Notes under the pieces: model-generated
The model's database searches: none
Told to the model about the DNA's origin: nothing
The model's input: the letters and a program-made list of their open reading frames with translations, nothing else
Position numbers and translations under genes: made by a program
Assembly: GCA_005223125.1 (NCBI GenBank)
Contig: NJBH01000007.1
Location: 32,001-96,000 of the forward strand
Direction: 5' to 3'
Length of the DNA: 64,000 bases
DNA from: Promethearchaeota archaeon Loki_b32
GTDB taxonomy: Archaea > Asgardarchaeota > Lokiarchaeia > Sigyniarchaeales > SOKP01
Part shown: in pieces, positions 40,229 through 50,265 of the stretch
Layout of the letters: the number at the start of each line of letters is the position of its first letter
Position numbering within the stretch: position 1 is the first letter of the stretch

Positions 40229-41869
40229 TCATAATTGAGAACCGCATTTATTACAAAATGTGTAATCAGATGATAATATCGCACCACACTGTTTGCAAAT
40301 TATAATTTCTTTTCCAGAAGCTTTTTGTGCTTTTGGTTGAGCTGGTGCTGTTGTTTGAGTTGAAGTGAAAGTAGTTGGTTTGGACTCTAAATCTGAAACA
40401 TTTGGAATGATTCTCAATTTACTCGTTTCTTGAGTTTCAGTTTCTTTTTGTGCAATAAATGGAACAAAAGCTTCAACAGAAGTTTTTTCTGTGTCATCTC
40501 CTTTTTGGGATAATGTTTGAAAAAGTGAGGGCGTACTAGTCGTTCCTGTTGTTGGAGGGGTTTGTGTTGAAACAGCAGGTTTGGCTTGTATTGGTTCAAC
40601 TTTCTTTTCTTTTTTAGGTTTCTCCTTCTTCTTCTCTTTCTTTACTTTTTTCATTTCCTCCAATAATTTCTCTTGTCTCTCTTTTTCTTCTTGAAGTTTT
40701 TTCTCCTTTTCTTCTTTCTTCTTTTGTTTTTCTAATTTCTTCTTATCTTTCTTGGAATAAATTGGTTCAGGTAGATAGTCCATTAAAGAATCTGATTTAG
40801 TTTCTGTAGTCCCACTTGAAGGAAAATTTTGAGTTGAAGAAAATCCTTGAGTAGATTGAAATTTCTCAGGAGCAGGAGCAGGAACGGGTACATTATTTGT
40901 AAAAGGAATCGCTTTTGGTTTATATGTTTCTTCTCTACTAGGAAAAACAGTTGGCTGAGAGGGAGTGTATTGCGGTTGATCTGGTTTTTCATCAGTTAAT
41001 ATATCCTCAGGTGCCTTAAATTCAAATTCAACAGGTTGTACTGATGATGTGTCGATTTGTGTCTCTGGTAAAGGTATTTCAGGTTCAAATTCGGGTTCTT
41101 GTGATTCCATTTTTACTGGTTCTGGAACGGGAGGAGCCTCATATTCGAATTCAGGTTCTGGTTCAAATGTTGAAGTTGATTTATATATTTGAGAAGATGT
41201 AGGCTCTGGAACGGGAGGAGCAGCATAATCAATTTCAGGTTCTATTCTATGTAAAGAAGTTGGAACTGTTCCTGTAGCCGTAATTGGAATTTGACCAGGA
41301 CTGAATACAATTCCTTTAGAGATTAACTGATCAGGAACTCCTGAACCAATCATTAAACACGCTAAAATGTAAAAGCAATCACCAACACCTTCTCCCGTCT
41401 TTGCTGAAGTTTCCATATAATATAAATTAAAATTACGTGTGAAATTATTTATTTCTTCTAAATTAACAGCTCTTAGATCAATTAAATCACTCTTATTTCC
41501 AACTAATAGTAAAGGGATCTCGGTTTTCACATTTGCTCTAACTTCTTCGATCCATTGAGGTAAATGTTCGAAGCTTGCAGCATTTGTAAGATCAAATATT
41601 AATAGCGTTCCTAAAGATCCTCTATAATACATTGGTCTAATTGAGCTAAATCGTTCTTGTCCACCTGTATCCCATATCTGAAGCTTTGCACGAATAGGAC
41701 CTTCAACAGAATCGATATTAATCGTTTTTACATGAAAATCCACACCTATAGTCATCTTGTAATCTTCAGTGAAAAAGCCTTTAGAAAATCGAAGAGTTAG
41801 CGCTGTCTTACCAACCCCGCCGTCTCCTACGACAATCGATTTAAAGAGGTAATCATATTCTTCAGCCAT
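40229..41869 (-). CDS. Rab-like small GTPase with long Pro/Glu-rich extension, Lys/Glu coiled coil and C-terminal zinc ribbon
   Basis: YDYLFK..VVGDGGVGKT, TIGVDF, WDTGGQERF, YYRG, NKSD, ETSAKTG; C-terminal CKQCG..FCNKCG. Confidence 0.92.
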   Translation of the reverse strand: MAEEYDYLFKSIVVGDGGVGKTALTLRFSKGFFTEDYKMTIGVDFHVKTINIDSVEGPIRAKLQIWDTGGQERFSSIRPMYYRGSLGTLLIFDLTNAASFEHLPQWIEEVRANVKTEIPLLLVGNKSDLIDLRAVNLEEINNFTRNFNLYYMETSAKTGEGVGDCFYILACLMIGSGVPDQLISKGIVFSPGQIPITATGTVPTSLHRIEPEIDYAAPPVPEPTSSQIYKSTSTFEPEPEFEYEAPPVPEPVKMESQEPEFEPEIPLPETQIDTSSVQPVEFEFKAPEDILTDEKPDQPQYTPSQPTVFPSREETYKPKAIPFTNNVPVPAPAPEKFQSTQGFSSTQNFPSSGTTETKSDSLMDYLPEPIYSKKDKKKLEKQKKKEEKEKKLQEEKERQEKLLEEMKKVKKEKKKEKPKKEKKVEPIQAKPAVSTQTPPTTGTTSTPSLFQTLSQKGDDTEKTSVEAFVPFIAQKETETQETSKLRIIPNVSDLESKPTTFTSTQTTAPAQPKAQKASGKEIIICKQCGAILSSDYTFCNKCGSQL

Positions 41870-42063
41870 TACATATTCCCACTTTACGTTTCAAATAAAT
41901 ATATATTGAGTAGTTTTTAAAAATGTTCGAGCTATTATATATTATAACTATAAATACAAATTTATAATTTTATTTATAAAAATGAAATTCCGTTATTTTA
42001 CTAATAATTAAGTAAGATATCATTATAATATAAATTTTAAAACTAAGAAGATAAGTATAAAAC

Positions 42064-42948
42064 TTAGATTAGTTTATGAGCTTCCTCGCATATATCAATA
42101 TTTTCAAACCATTTATTAATTTTATTTAATTCTTGTTGAGGAAATTCATATGAATGTTCTCGATCAGGGTATATCCCATTTATAACTTCATCTTTGTAAT
42201 TTTTCAAGGCAAGACGAATTGATTCACCGATGTTGCCAAAGTACTTAAGAAATTTGGGTTTAATATCTGTAAAGATACCTAACATGTCGTGAATCACTAA
42301 AATTTGCCCATCACAATACGGTCCAGCGCCAATACCAATAGTTGGGACATTAACGCTACTTGTAATTAATTTTGCTATTTGCCAAGGAATGCTTTCTAGA
42401 ACAATTGAAAAAACACCAGATTCTTCTAAATTTTTTGCATCTAATATTAATTTCTTTGCCGCTTCAATAGTCTTTCCTTGTACTAAAAATCCTCCGAACT
42501 CATAAATAGCTTGAGGCGTAAGACCAATATGTCCCATTACTTGGATATCTGCGTTGATCATTGCATTAATTGTAGGACATATTTCTGTTCCTCCCTCAAC
42601 CTTAACTGCCTCAGCACCACCTTCTTGAATAAATCGTCCCGCATTTTTGATAGCCTCATTAGGATCTATTTTATAGGATAGAAAAGGCATATCTCCAACA
42701 ATTAATGCATTTGATACTCCTCGACTAACTGCTTTAGTATGATGAATCATTTCATCCATAGTCACGGACAAAGTGTTTTTATATCCAAGCATTACCATTG
42801 ATAGTGAATCTCCGACAAGAATAAGATCTATATCACTATCATCAACAATTTTCGCAAAAGAATAGTCATAGGAAGTAATAGTTACAATTTTTTCACTTTT
42901 TTTTTTCTTTTCTAAAATATCTTTTACGGTTATTTTTTGTAAAGCCAT
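42064..42948 (-). CDS. panB: 3-methyl-2-oxobutanoate hydroxymethyltransferase
   Basis: TSYDY, LVGDSL, DMPF.SY, VKVEGG, GHIGLTPQ, IGIGAG..CDGQ.LV. Confidence 0.97.
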   Translation of the reverse strand: MALQKITVKDILEKKKKSEKIVTITSYDYSFAKIVDDSDIDLILVGDSLSMVMLGYKNTLSVTMDEMIHHTKAVSRGVSNALIVGDMPFLSYKIDPNEAIKNAGRFIQEGGAEAVKVEGGTEICPTINAMINADIQVMGHIGLTPQAIYEFGGFLVQGKTIEAAKKLILDAKNLEESGVFSIVLESIPWQIAKLITSSVNVPTIGIGAGPYCDGQILVIHDMLGIFTDIKPKFLKYFGNIGESIRLALKNYKDEVINGIYPDREHSYEFPQQELNKINKWFENIDICEEAHKLI

Positions 42949-43184
42949 ATGTTCAAATAACTAATTAGTTTTGAAAAATTTTATGAAAATTTGATCAATT
43001 TTAAATAATACATTCTCAAATTAACCTTCATTTTAATGATTTTTCCTTCTCGATCATAACAAGTTATTCAATTTAATTAAGATAAAAACAAATTTGGTAA
43101 TTGTAATTAATTTGATTTTCATCAATAAGACTTTTTAATCTTCATATATTAATCCTAATAGTTTAAAAAGAGGTTTATAAAACT

Positions 43185-44213
43185 ATGGTAGATCCGAAGG
43201 ATATTGATTTCTATTCATTAGGTTTTAATTTTATTGAAACAAAGACTATGTTTATGGCTACTCATAAGAATGGGAAATGGAACGAAGGAGAATTAATGCC
43301 ATTTGGAAATTTTGAAATTTCACCAGCATCCTGTGTAATAAATTATGGACAAGGTATTTTTGAAGGAATGAAAGCCTTAAAAGGTAAAAATGGAGAAATT
43401 ACATTATTTCGACCTAAAGAAAATGCGAAGAGATTCAATTTTAGTGCTAGAAGGATGCTAATGCCCGAATATGATGTGGATAAATTTGTTGATACCGTGA
43501 AGAGAGTTGTAAAGGAAAATGAAGAATATATTCCACCTTATGATAGTGGAGGAGCTTTATATATCCGGCCTATTTTATTTGGATATGGGCCAATTCTGGG
43601 AGTACATTCAGCAGAAGAATTTAAATTGATTATTTTTACAGTTCCCGTTGGACCTTACTTTCCAGAAGGCTTTAAAGGAATTAATTTGGAAATATCAAAA
43701 AAATATACGAGAGCCGCTCCGGGAGGGACTGGTTCAGCAAAGACAATATGTAATTATGCTGGGACAATGTTACCAGCAAAAGAATCAAAGGCAAGAGGAT
43801 TTGCCCAAATTCTTTATTTAGATGCGATTCATATGGAATATATCGAGGAAGTCGGTGCTGCAAATTTTTTCGCAATGATTAATGGTAAATTAGCAACTCC
43901 AAGAAAGTCTGGTACGATTTTAGAAGGAATTACAAGAGAATCTATTTTAGAACTTGCATCCAAAAAGCTAGGGATAGAGATTGAAGAACGAGATATGTCT
44001 TATAAAGAACTATATGACGAGTCATGTACTGAAGTATTCTGTGCTGGAACAGCGGCAGTTATAACACCAATTGCATCAGTTACTTTAGAAGGTAAAGAAC
44101 GGATATTTAATAACAGAGAACCAGGCGAAATAACAAATAAAGTATATAAATTATTAACAGGGATTCAAAGATTAGATATTGAAGACGAATTTGGATGGAT
44201 CATAAAAGTATAA
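43185..44213 (+). CDS. ilvE: Branched-chain amino acid aminotransferase (bacterial group II type)
   Basis: YGQGIFEGMKA, LYIRP, GGTG.AK..CNYA, EEVGAAN, LEGITR.S, GTAAVI.P. Confidence 0.95.
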   Translation: MVDPKDIDFYSLGFNFIETKTMFMATHKNGKWNEGELMPFGNFEISPASCVINYGQGIFEGMKALKGKNGEITLFRPKENAKRFNFSARRMLMPEYDVDKFVDTVKRVVKENEEYIPPYDSGGALYIRPILFGYGPILGVHSAEEFKLIIFTVPVGPYFPEGFKGINLEISKKYTRAAPGGTGSAKTICNYAGTMLPAKESKARGFAQILYLDAIHMEYIEEVGAANFFAMINGKLATPRKSGTILEGITRESILELASKKLGIEIEERDMSYKELYDESCTEVFCAGTAAVITPIASVTLEGKERIFNNREPGEITNKVYKLLTGIQRLDIEDEFGWIIKV

Positions 44214-44234
44214 TTATTTTTTAATCCAAATTTT

Positions 44235-44744
44235 TTAATTTGAAATCCTATTTAATAAAGAATTAAAAGCCTCTTTAACATTATATCCTGTTTTTGATGA
44301 GATTTTTAAATAACCTATTATGTTATTATATTTATTGATTATTCCAGAAACGTACTCATCAAAAATTTTACATTCGTGAAAATTAATTATATCACATTTT
44401 GTTCCTAATAAAAACACTGAAATTTTTCCATTTTCATTTAATTTCTTTATCCATTCTTCGGCACTTTCAAGAGTATTAAATCGGGATAAATCAAATAAAA
44501 TAAACGCAGCTATAGACCCATCAACGAAATTGGATAATAAATGCTTAAATTGATTTTGACCAGCAAAATCCCACATTACAAAATTATATTCATGCCCATT
44601 TACTGTGAGATTTTTTGAAAAAAAATCAACTCCCTTAGTTAGCTTACTATTATCATCGAAATTATCATGAATTAAACGATTGAGAAAAGAAGTTTTCCCA
44701 ACACCACCATCTCCCGAAACGATGAGTTTTACTGTTTTTTTCAT
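44235..44744 (-). CDS. Rab-like small GTPase (divergent)
   Basis: GDGGVGKT, T.GVDF, WDFAGQ, TKCD, SSKTG. Confidence 0.9.
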   Translation of the reverse strand: MKKTVKLIVSGDGGVGKTSFLNRLIHDNFDDNSKLTKGVDFFSKNLTVNGHEYNFVMWDFAGQNQFKHLLSNFVDGSIAAFILFDLSRFNTLESAEEWIKKLNENGKISVFLLGTKCDIINFHECKIFDEYVSGIINKYNNIIGYLKISSKTGYNVKEAFNSLLNRISN

Positions 44745-44909
44745 ATTAATATTATTTATTTTATTTTAAATTTAAAAAAGTACGATAAAATATGATTTCC
44801 GTAATAATAGAACATAAAAAAATTTTACGAGTTCTTCAATACTTTTCTTACTTAAATGTAAAAAAACTATAATCAAAAAATATGAGAAAAAGAATGAAAG
44901 GCAACTAAT

Positions 44910-45293
44910 TTATTCAATTCTGGAACTTCCTATACAGATAAGATCTCCCTTTTCATTCTATACTTTTGCTTTACAGAAAAAGATATTTTTTCCACTCTTA
45001 ATACATTTTGCTATTGCTTTTAGACGCCCACTAGAAACTGGTTTTAGAAAATCAACTTGTAAATCTATTGTTGTTACATATCCTTTAGGAAGAATCAACG
45101 AAATCGCCGTATATGCACAAATAGAATCAACAAGAGAAGCTAACACGCCACCATGAATTAATCCATACTGGGTTAATTTATCTCTTATTTTGATTTCAAA
45201 AATAGCTCTTCCATTAGAAATCTCTTGAAGCTCAAAACCTAATATTGAATAGTATGGTATTCTATCATAGAGGAGTTTTATTAAATCATCCAT
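44910..45293 (-). pseudogene. PaaI/hotdog thioesterase with in-frame amber stop at 44958-44960
   Basis: HGG.LASLVD motif; the frame continues past TAG as NEKGDLICIGSS, the expected last beta strand. Confidence 0.7.
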
Positions 45294-45393
45294 AATATTT
45301 ATCTTCTATTTTAAAATTTAATTTTAACTATTAAATGAAGTCTGATAATTTTAATAAGACAAAAAAATAAAACATAAGAAATCTAATTAACTT

Positions 45394-46281
45394 TTGATGC
45401 TAAAGTTTACAATAAACAAATTCCTTGACCTTAGATTAGAAGATGGGAAGACGAATGTATATGTAAACAATGAATTATTTATACACTGCAAATATATTTT
45501 ATTGGATATAACTTTAGATAAAATTGAAGAATTCGAACGAATTTATTCGATAGATGAAGCTATAGAAAGATTAAATAAGTATGTTGAAATTCCAAGGGAT
45601 AACAAAAGAAAATTATTTCCAGAAACGATTTTTTGGGCTCATTGTTCAAATTTTCAAGTATGGTATGAAAATGAATATAATACATGTTTGATCCATAGTA
45701 ATTTGGCATTTCCTTTACTTAAAGAATTGACTAAGGCAGGGGATACGCTTGCAGCAAAAGTTTTCAGAGAAGAAGTGGCTAAAAGATTTGAAAAAAGTAA
45801 TATGAATGTGAGACAGTTTTTATTGTATAATCATTATTTGGATTGTCTAAATAAAGAGGAATTAGATATTTTACTAAAACAATCAAAATCTAGTTTAATT
45901 TTCAGTGTTACTACTCAACTCAAAGACTTACTAAATTCCAATCTCGCTAATTTTAAGGAAATAAAAGAACTGATAGATATTATAGTTTTTATCGACTTAG
46001 TTTATAATCGTAATTTGATTATTCACGTTTTAGATAAATTAAATACGAAGAAAAGAAGTCATTTTGCACGTTTTTTAATTTTTCATCTAAATTATAAAGA
46101 GTTTATCAGCTATAAAATACCTTATGGGAGATTTTCAACTTATTTTGAGGATGTTCTTAAGAATATATATGTAAATTATCCAGAAATTAAGGAATTTCTA
46201 AAATCTATCGATTCTGGCTTTTTAAACAACTCTCTTTCTTTAGATGAGAGTCAATCCTATGGTTTTGTATCTTATCTTTGA
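45394..46281 (+). CDS. Lokiarchaeia expanded-family protein (often LRR-associated N-terminal domain)
   Basis: F.IN.FL.LRLE.GKT.VYVN..LF..CKY.LL...FWAHCSN.Q.WYEN.Y.T..IHSNLAFPLLK.L...GD pattern. Confidence 0.75.
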   Translation: MMLKFTINKFLDLRLEDGKTNVYVNNELFIHCKYILLDITLDKIEEFERIYSIDEAIERLNKYVEIPRDNKRKLFPETIFWAHCSNFQVWYENEYNTCLIHSNLAFPLLKELTKAGDTLAAKVFREEVAKRFEKSNMNVRQFLLYNHYLDCLNKEELDILLKQSKSSLIFSVTTQLKDLLNSNLANFKEIKELIDIIVFIDLVYNRNLIIHVLDKLNTKKRSHFARFLIFHLNYKEFISYKIPYGRFSTYFEDVLKNIYVNYPEIKEFLKSIDSGFLNNSLSLDESQSYGFVSYL

Positions 46282-46312
46282 GCTTTTAAAGATTATTAAT
46301 AAAAACTTATTC

Positions 46313-47098
46313 TTATATCACTAAATGTTTTTCAAGATAATAATAACTGTAAGCTTTTTCAAGCCCTAGTTTTGTATACAAATTCATAGCTTCCATATTC
46401 TCAATTTCTACTTGTAGCCAAATTCTTTGAGCTCGGTTTGGTATACCCCATTCATTTATAATTTTGAAAAACATTGAAGTAGCAATTTTTTGCTGTCGTA
46501 TATCTGGATCTACCAGTACCTCAGCTATATATAAAAATCCATGCGAATCTAATACTCCCATCAAAGTTCCTACCACTTTATTTTCATATTCAGCTATTAT
46601 ATAACGTTTTTGTGGAATAATAATTCTGCTCGCTAATCTATTTAAAACATTCTGAGCTTGCAGATCTCGTTTAGAAAATTTTGACAAAAAGGATGAGATT
46701 TTATTTACTCTTTCAGAATAGAAATCATATGAAAATTCATCATTAATTATTTCATTTCTTAATTTTTGGAGAGGAGCTATCATTGTGTGGGTAATACACC
46801 CTAATTGTTGGTATCCATGTTCTATCAATTTAACATCTAGATTGTCTGGTTCAAAATAATCTGGAATTGTAAAAATTGCTGGTAAGTTATAAGCTTGATA
46901 AGCTTTTTCAACAAAAATTATGTCTCTTTCCAAGTTATTCGGGTCACCTGTGTAATTTAGAGGGAAAACAGAATTTGCTCGAGAAGTCACTCCCTCAGTA
47001 AAGCGCATTATCCAACCGTTTAAGAAGTAATAATGATGTGCTGGCCAAGATTTCATTAAAATTTCTTGTAATTTTTTGATTTCTTCTATTTTCAACAT
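46313..47098 (-). CDS. GNAT family acetyltransferase (tandem)
   Basis: WPA..., GW..R...G.T.RANS, V.P..R.Q.IA, WLQV...N..A..LY.K.G. Confidence 0.9.
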   Translation of the reverse strand: MLKIEEIKKLQEILMKSWPAHHYYFLNGWIMRFTEGVTSRANSVFPLNYTGDPNNLERDIIFVEKAYQAYNLPAIFTIPDYFEPDNLDVKLIEHGYQQLGCITHTMIAPLQKLRNEIINDEFSYDFYSERVNKISSFLSKFSKRDLQAQNVLNRLASRIIIPQKRYIIAEYENKVVGTLMGVLDSHGFLYIAEVLVDPDIRQQKIATSMFFKIINEWGIPNRAQRIWLQVEIENMEAMNLYTKLGLEKAYSYYYLEKHLVI

Positions 47099-47210
47099 TT
47101 ATCTCTCAACCTTCTATTCCATTAAGATTGAATTTTATAAAAAAAAAATTTATTTGTATTTATCTATTTTGTAATTTAAATCAATTATGTACTTTAGATA
47201 ATATAAAATT

Positions 47211-47816
47211 ATGATAAGAAACATAATTTTTGATTTAGGCAATGTATTATTAAATTTTAAACCAGAGAAATTTTTGCTCAGATATACCAAGGACGAAAAT
47301 TATATACAAAATTTTATTTTTAAAGTGATTAGGAATAAAATTTGGTTTAATTTAGATCGTGGTACAATTTCACTTGAAGATGCTAAAGAAGAGTTTCTTA
47401 AAAAATATCCTGAAGATATGAGTTTCATAATTACTTTCTTTGATCATTGGATGGAAATGCTTACCCCTATAGAAGAAAATGTAAAAATTTTACATGATTT
47501 AAAATCTAATGGTTATAATACTTATATCTTGTCCAATTTTATTGAAGAAGCATTTGAAATTATCCAAAAAAAACATCAATTCTTTTCACTTTTTGAGGGG
47601 AGAATTATTTCATGCCAAGAAAAGGTTATCAAACCCGAGATTGAAATTTATCAAAAACTAATTAATAAATATAATTTAGTACCAGAACAATGTGTTTTCA
47701 TTGATGATATTCGTTCATTCTTATCCCGAGCGAGAAAATTAAATATGAAAACGATCTGGTTTTCACCGGATACCGATTTACGTACAGAATTGAGAAATTT
47801 GGATGTAAATATTTAA
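47211..47816 (+). CDS. HAD family phosphatase
   Basis: IFDLGNVL, LSN, KP...IY, FIDD. Confidence 0.92.
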   Translation: MIRNIIFDLGNVLLNFKPEKFLLRYTKDENYIQNFIFKVIRNKIWFNLDRGTISLEDAKEEFLKKYPEDMSFIITFFDHWMEMLTPIEENVKILHDLKSNGYNTYILSNFIEEAFEIIQKKHQFFSLFEGRIISCQEKVIKPEIEIYQKLINKYNLVPEQCVFIDDIRSFLSRARKLNMKTIWFSPDTDLRTELRNLDVNI

Positions 47817-47824
47817 AAATTTAT

Positions 47825-48664
47825 TTATATTTCTTTTCGGTTTTTCTTAAACCATTCAATAGCGAAATTTACGATTTTTCTTTGTGATATTAATCTAGAT
47901 TCTGCTAATCCTACTTTAGACGGATTATATTTAATTTTTGATTCAAATTCTTTTCCTAATTGCTCAAAATCATCTGTATTAAGATCTAATTCTTTCCACT
48001 TTACCCATTGTCTTTCATTATTTATTAGTATCGCAGACCCATTTAATTTATATTGTTTTCTTAAACTATCACTTCGGTATTCTGCAAGATGTAAGGAAGT
48101 ATTATTTTCATGGGAAACACCTACTATTAATATTTGTCCATCAAGTTCATAGATTCGAGATAATGGAGAATTTTCGCCGAGATCAGCTGTTAAATCATGA
48201 TTTTTTGTAATAAATTCCGCATATTTCCCCCATGCGGCAAATGAAGATGTAGGATGATTACTACGAATAACCTTTGGCCATTTTCTAAATGTTTCTACAA
48301 TAGTTCCCATTCCTCTGGTAGGTGTTATTTTAGGATTATAAGCAGGCATTTCGTTTCGAATAACATCCCACCAACTTTTAGGCACGGGAGGATTTTCCCA
48401 TTGAGATGGATCTGTATTATCACCTGAAAACGTTGGCATAATTAGGGTTCCTTCAGATGTAAGAATTTCCATTAAAGCTTTTATAACAGCAACCGGACCA
48501 CCAACAGTCCACCCGATCTTACTTAATGAACTATGCATGATAACAACTAATCCAGGTCTAATTCCAAGTGTTTTAAAATTATGTTTCAATGTGGTTATTG
48601 TATTAGGATATCGAGTAGATCTAATAACATCTATCTCAGATTTTTTATTATCTTCAGCTTCCAT
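47825..48664 (-). CDS. AAC(3)/YokD-family N-acetyltransferase
   Basis: HSSLS.IGW.VGG, GTL.MPT, RS.HP.SSFAA.G, NTSLHLAE. Confidence 0.92.
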   Translation of the reverse strand: MEAEDNKKSEIDVIRSTRYPNTITTLKHNFKTLGIRPGLVVIMHSSLSKIGWTVGGPVAVIKALMEILTSEGTLIMPTFSGDNTDPSQWENPPVPKSWWDVIRNEMPAYNPKITPTRGMGTIVETFRKWPKVIRSNHPTSSFAAWGKYAEFITKNHDLTADLGENSPLSRIYELDGQILIVGVSHENNTSLHLAEYRSDSLRKQYKLNGSAILINNERQWVKWKELDLNTDDFEQLGKEFESKIKYNPSKVGLAESRLISQRKIVNFAIEWFKKNRKEI

Positions 48665-48778
48665 AAAGATATTGAATTTTAAATATTAAAAAAAAATTTT
48701 GATTAAATAACGCCTTCGACAAAAATAATAAATTCATACTCTGTTTTTCTTTAAAAACGAACAACTTATGATATATTT

Positions 48779-49501
48779 ATGGTTGACAATCATAGCTATA
48801 GTTTTTTTGGTCAAAAAGTAGGGTTAATAATTCAAAGTTCTTCTAAAAATGAGCCTTTTATCTTTTTTAGACTCATTAAAAGCAAAAACGATGGGTCTTG
48901 GGAAAAACCTAGTAGTGGAGAAGGCAAAATAATTAAATTCTCATTAGAAGAAATGGTTTGGATTATCCGAGTATTAAATAAAGAAGTAAATTCATGGTCA
49001 AGTTATCATACTTTTAAGGATAATAAAACTCCGATATCTTTCAAATGGGATGATGGAGAAAAAGCGAAATTATGGATTCATATCGGTTCCTATTCAAAGG
49101 TGCTAGAGTATGCTCAATTTAAGATATTAGAAATGCTACTAACACATATACTGAAAGAAAAAATAGAATTTGCTACTGCTCCTAATTGGGCAAAGAAACG
49201 GAATGTCGATACCTTAAGCAATATTGTTATACAGGAGGAAATTATTACAGATAGTAGTAAAAATATTATTAGAAATAACGAATCAAACTCAATCAATAAT
49301 GGAAAACCTAGTGAGATAGAAGACATCGTTGGAACGATTAAAGGCGAAACCAATAAGGCCTTACTCATTCAATTTGAAAATGAAGTAGAAATCTGGATAC
49401 CTAAGTCGACAATTCATTCTGGGTTCAACAATGCTAAAAATTTAGTTCAAAAATTCAGTATTGATAGTTGGATTTTAAAAAAAAACAGAGTATTATCTTA
49501 A
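48779..49501 (+). CDS. Hypothetical protein (possible Whirly/PC4-like N-terminus; C-terminal ETxKAxL...WIPKS domain)
   Basis: 240-aa ORF; fold guesses from pattern only. Confidence 0.6.
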   Translation: MVDNHSYSFFGQKVGLIIQSSSKNEPFIFFRLIKSKNDGSWEKPSSGEGKIIKFSLEEMVWIIRVLNKEVNSWSSYHTFKDNKTPISFKWDDGEKAKLWIHIGSYSKVLEYAQFKILEMLLTHILKEKIEFATAPNWAKKRNVDTLSNIVIQEEIITDSSKNIIRNNESNSINNGKPSEIEDIVGTIKGETNKALLIQFENEVEIWIPKSTIHSGFNNAKNLVQKFSIDSWILKKNRVLS

Positions 49502-49513
49502 CACTTCACAATA

Positions 49514-49759
49514 ATGCCTGAATCTGGAGAGATTAATGGAGAAAAATATAGGTTTATAATTTATCATGGACATATTCATATATTAGTAAGACAAGAAGAA
49601 AATGAAGATCCAGATAATATCTATGATAAAAAAAATCCTGAATTTTAAACAATTGCGGGATATGAATCAAACCAATTTTCTAAGTGAAAATATCCTGATA
49701 ATCCCAAAGATTTTGAAAATTGAAGATAAAAAAGTCGAGGGATTATAGAGCCCCGTTGA
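49514..49759 (+). pseudogene. Decayed ORF with several in-frame stops
   Basis: MPESGEINGEKYRFIIYHGHIHILVRQEENEDPDNIYDKKNPEF*TIAGYESNQFSK*KYPDNPKDFEN*R*KSRGIIEPR*. Confidence 0.4.
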
Positions 49760-49792
49760 AAAAATGAAATTTACACTTATTTCTAAAATTTA

Positions 49793-50212
49793 CTAATCTT
49801 TTATACTGCTTTTCCTAACTTTAAAAATTGAGAATGTACCATATGCTTTAGAAACAAGAGTTCCATTATTTAAGATATTTGATTCAAGAATCCCTAAACT
49901 TTTACCTTTATGAATTACTGTTGTATCACAGATAAGGTTTCCTTCTCTAACTGGTTTAAAATATGTTATTTTAATCTCAACGGTTGCACATAATTCGTCT
50001 TTTTCTAAAAGAGAATATAACGCTCCTCCCATTCCTGTGTCCGCCATCGAATATAAAACACCTCCGTGGAGTGTTTTATGAGGATTCATTAATTTTTCTA
50101 CTACGTCTAACACACATTGTGAATCTCCATTACCAAATTTAGTGAACTTTAAACCAATTAAGTCACCAAACGGATGAAATCCTTTTGCTCCAATAGAAGT
50201 CTTTTTAGACAT
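49793..50212 (-). CDS. PaaI/hotdog thioesterase
   Basis: NPH..LHGG..YS.ADTGMG, T.E.KI.YF.PV. Confidence 0.92.
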   Translation of the reverse strand: MSKKTSIGAKGFHPFGDLIGLKFTKFGNGDSQCVLDVVEKLMNPHKTLHGGVLYSMADTGMGGALYSLLEKDELCATVEIKITYFKPVREGNLICDTTVIHKGKSLGILESNILNNGTLVSKAYGTFSIFKVRKSSIKD

Positions 50213-50265
50213 ACTATAGATAAAATTTATTGAAATTTAACCTTTATTAGGATCATCTTAGACTT

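Noticed and set aside
47825-48664. Aminoglycoside resistance island
   Set aside because: YokD-like AAC(3) homologues are widespread with unproven substrates; no mobile-element context
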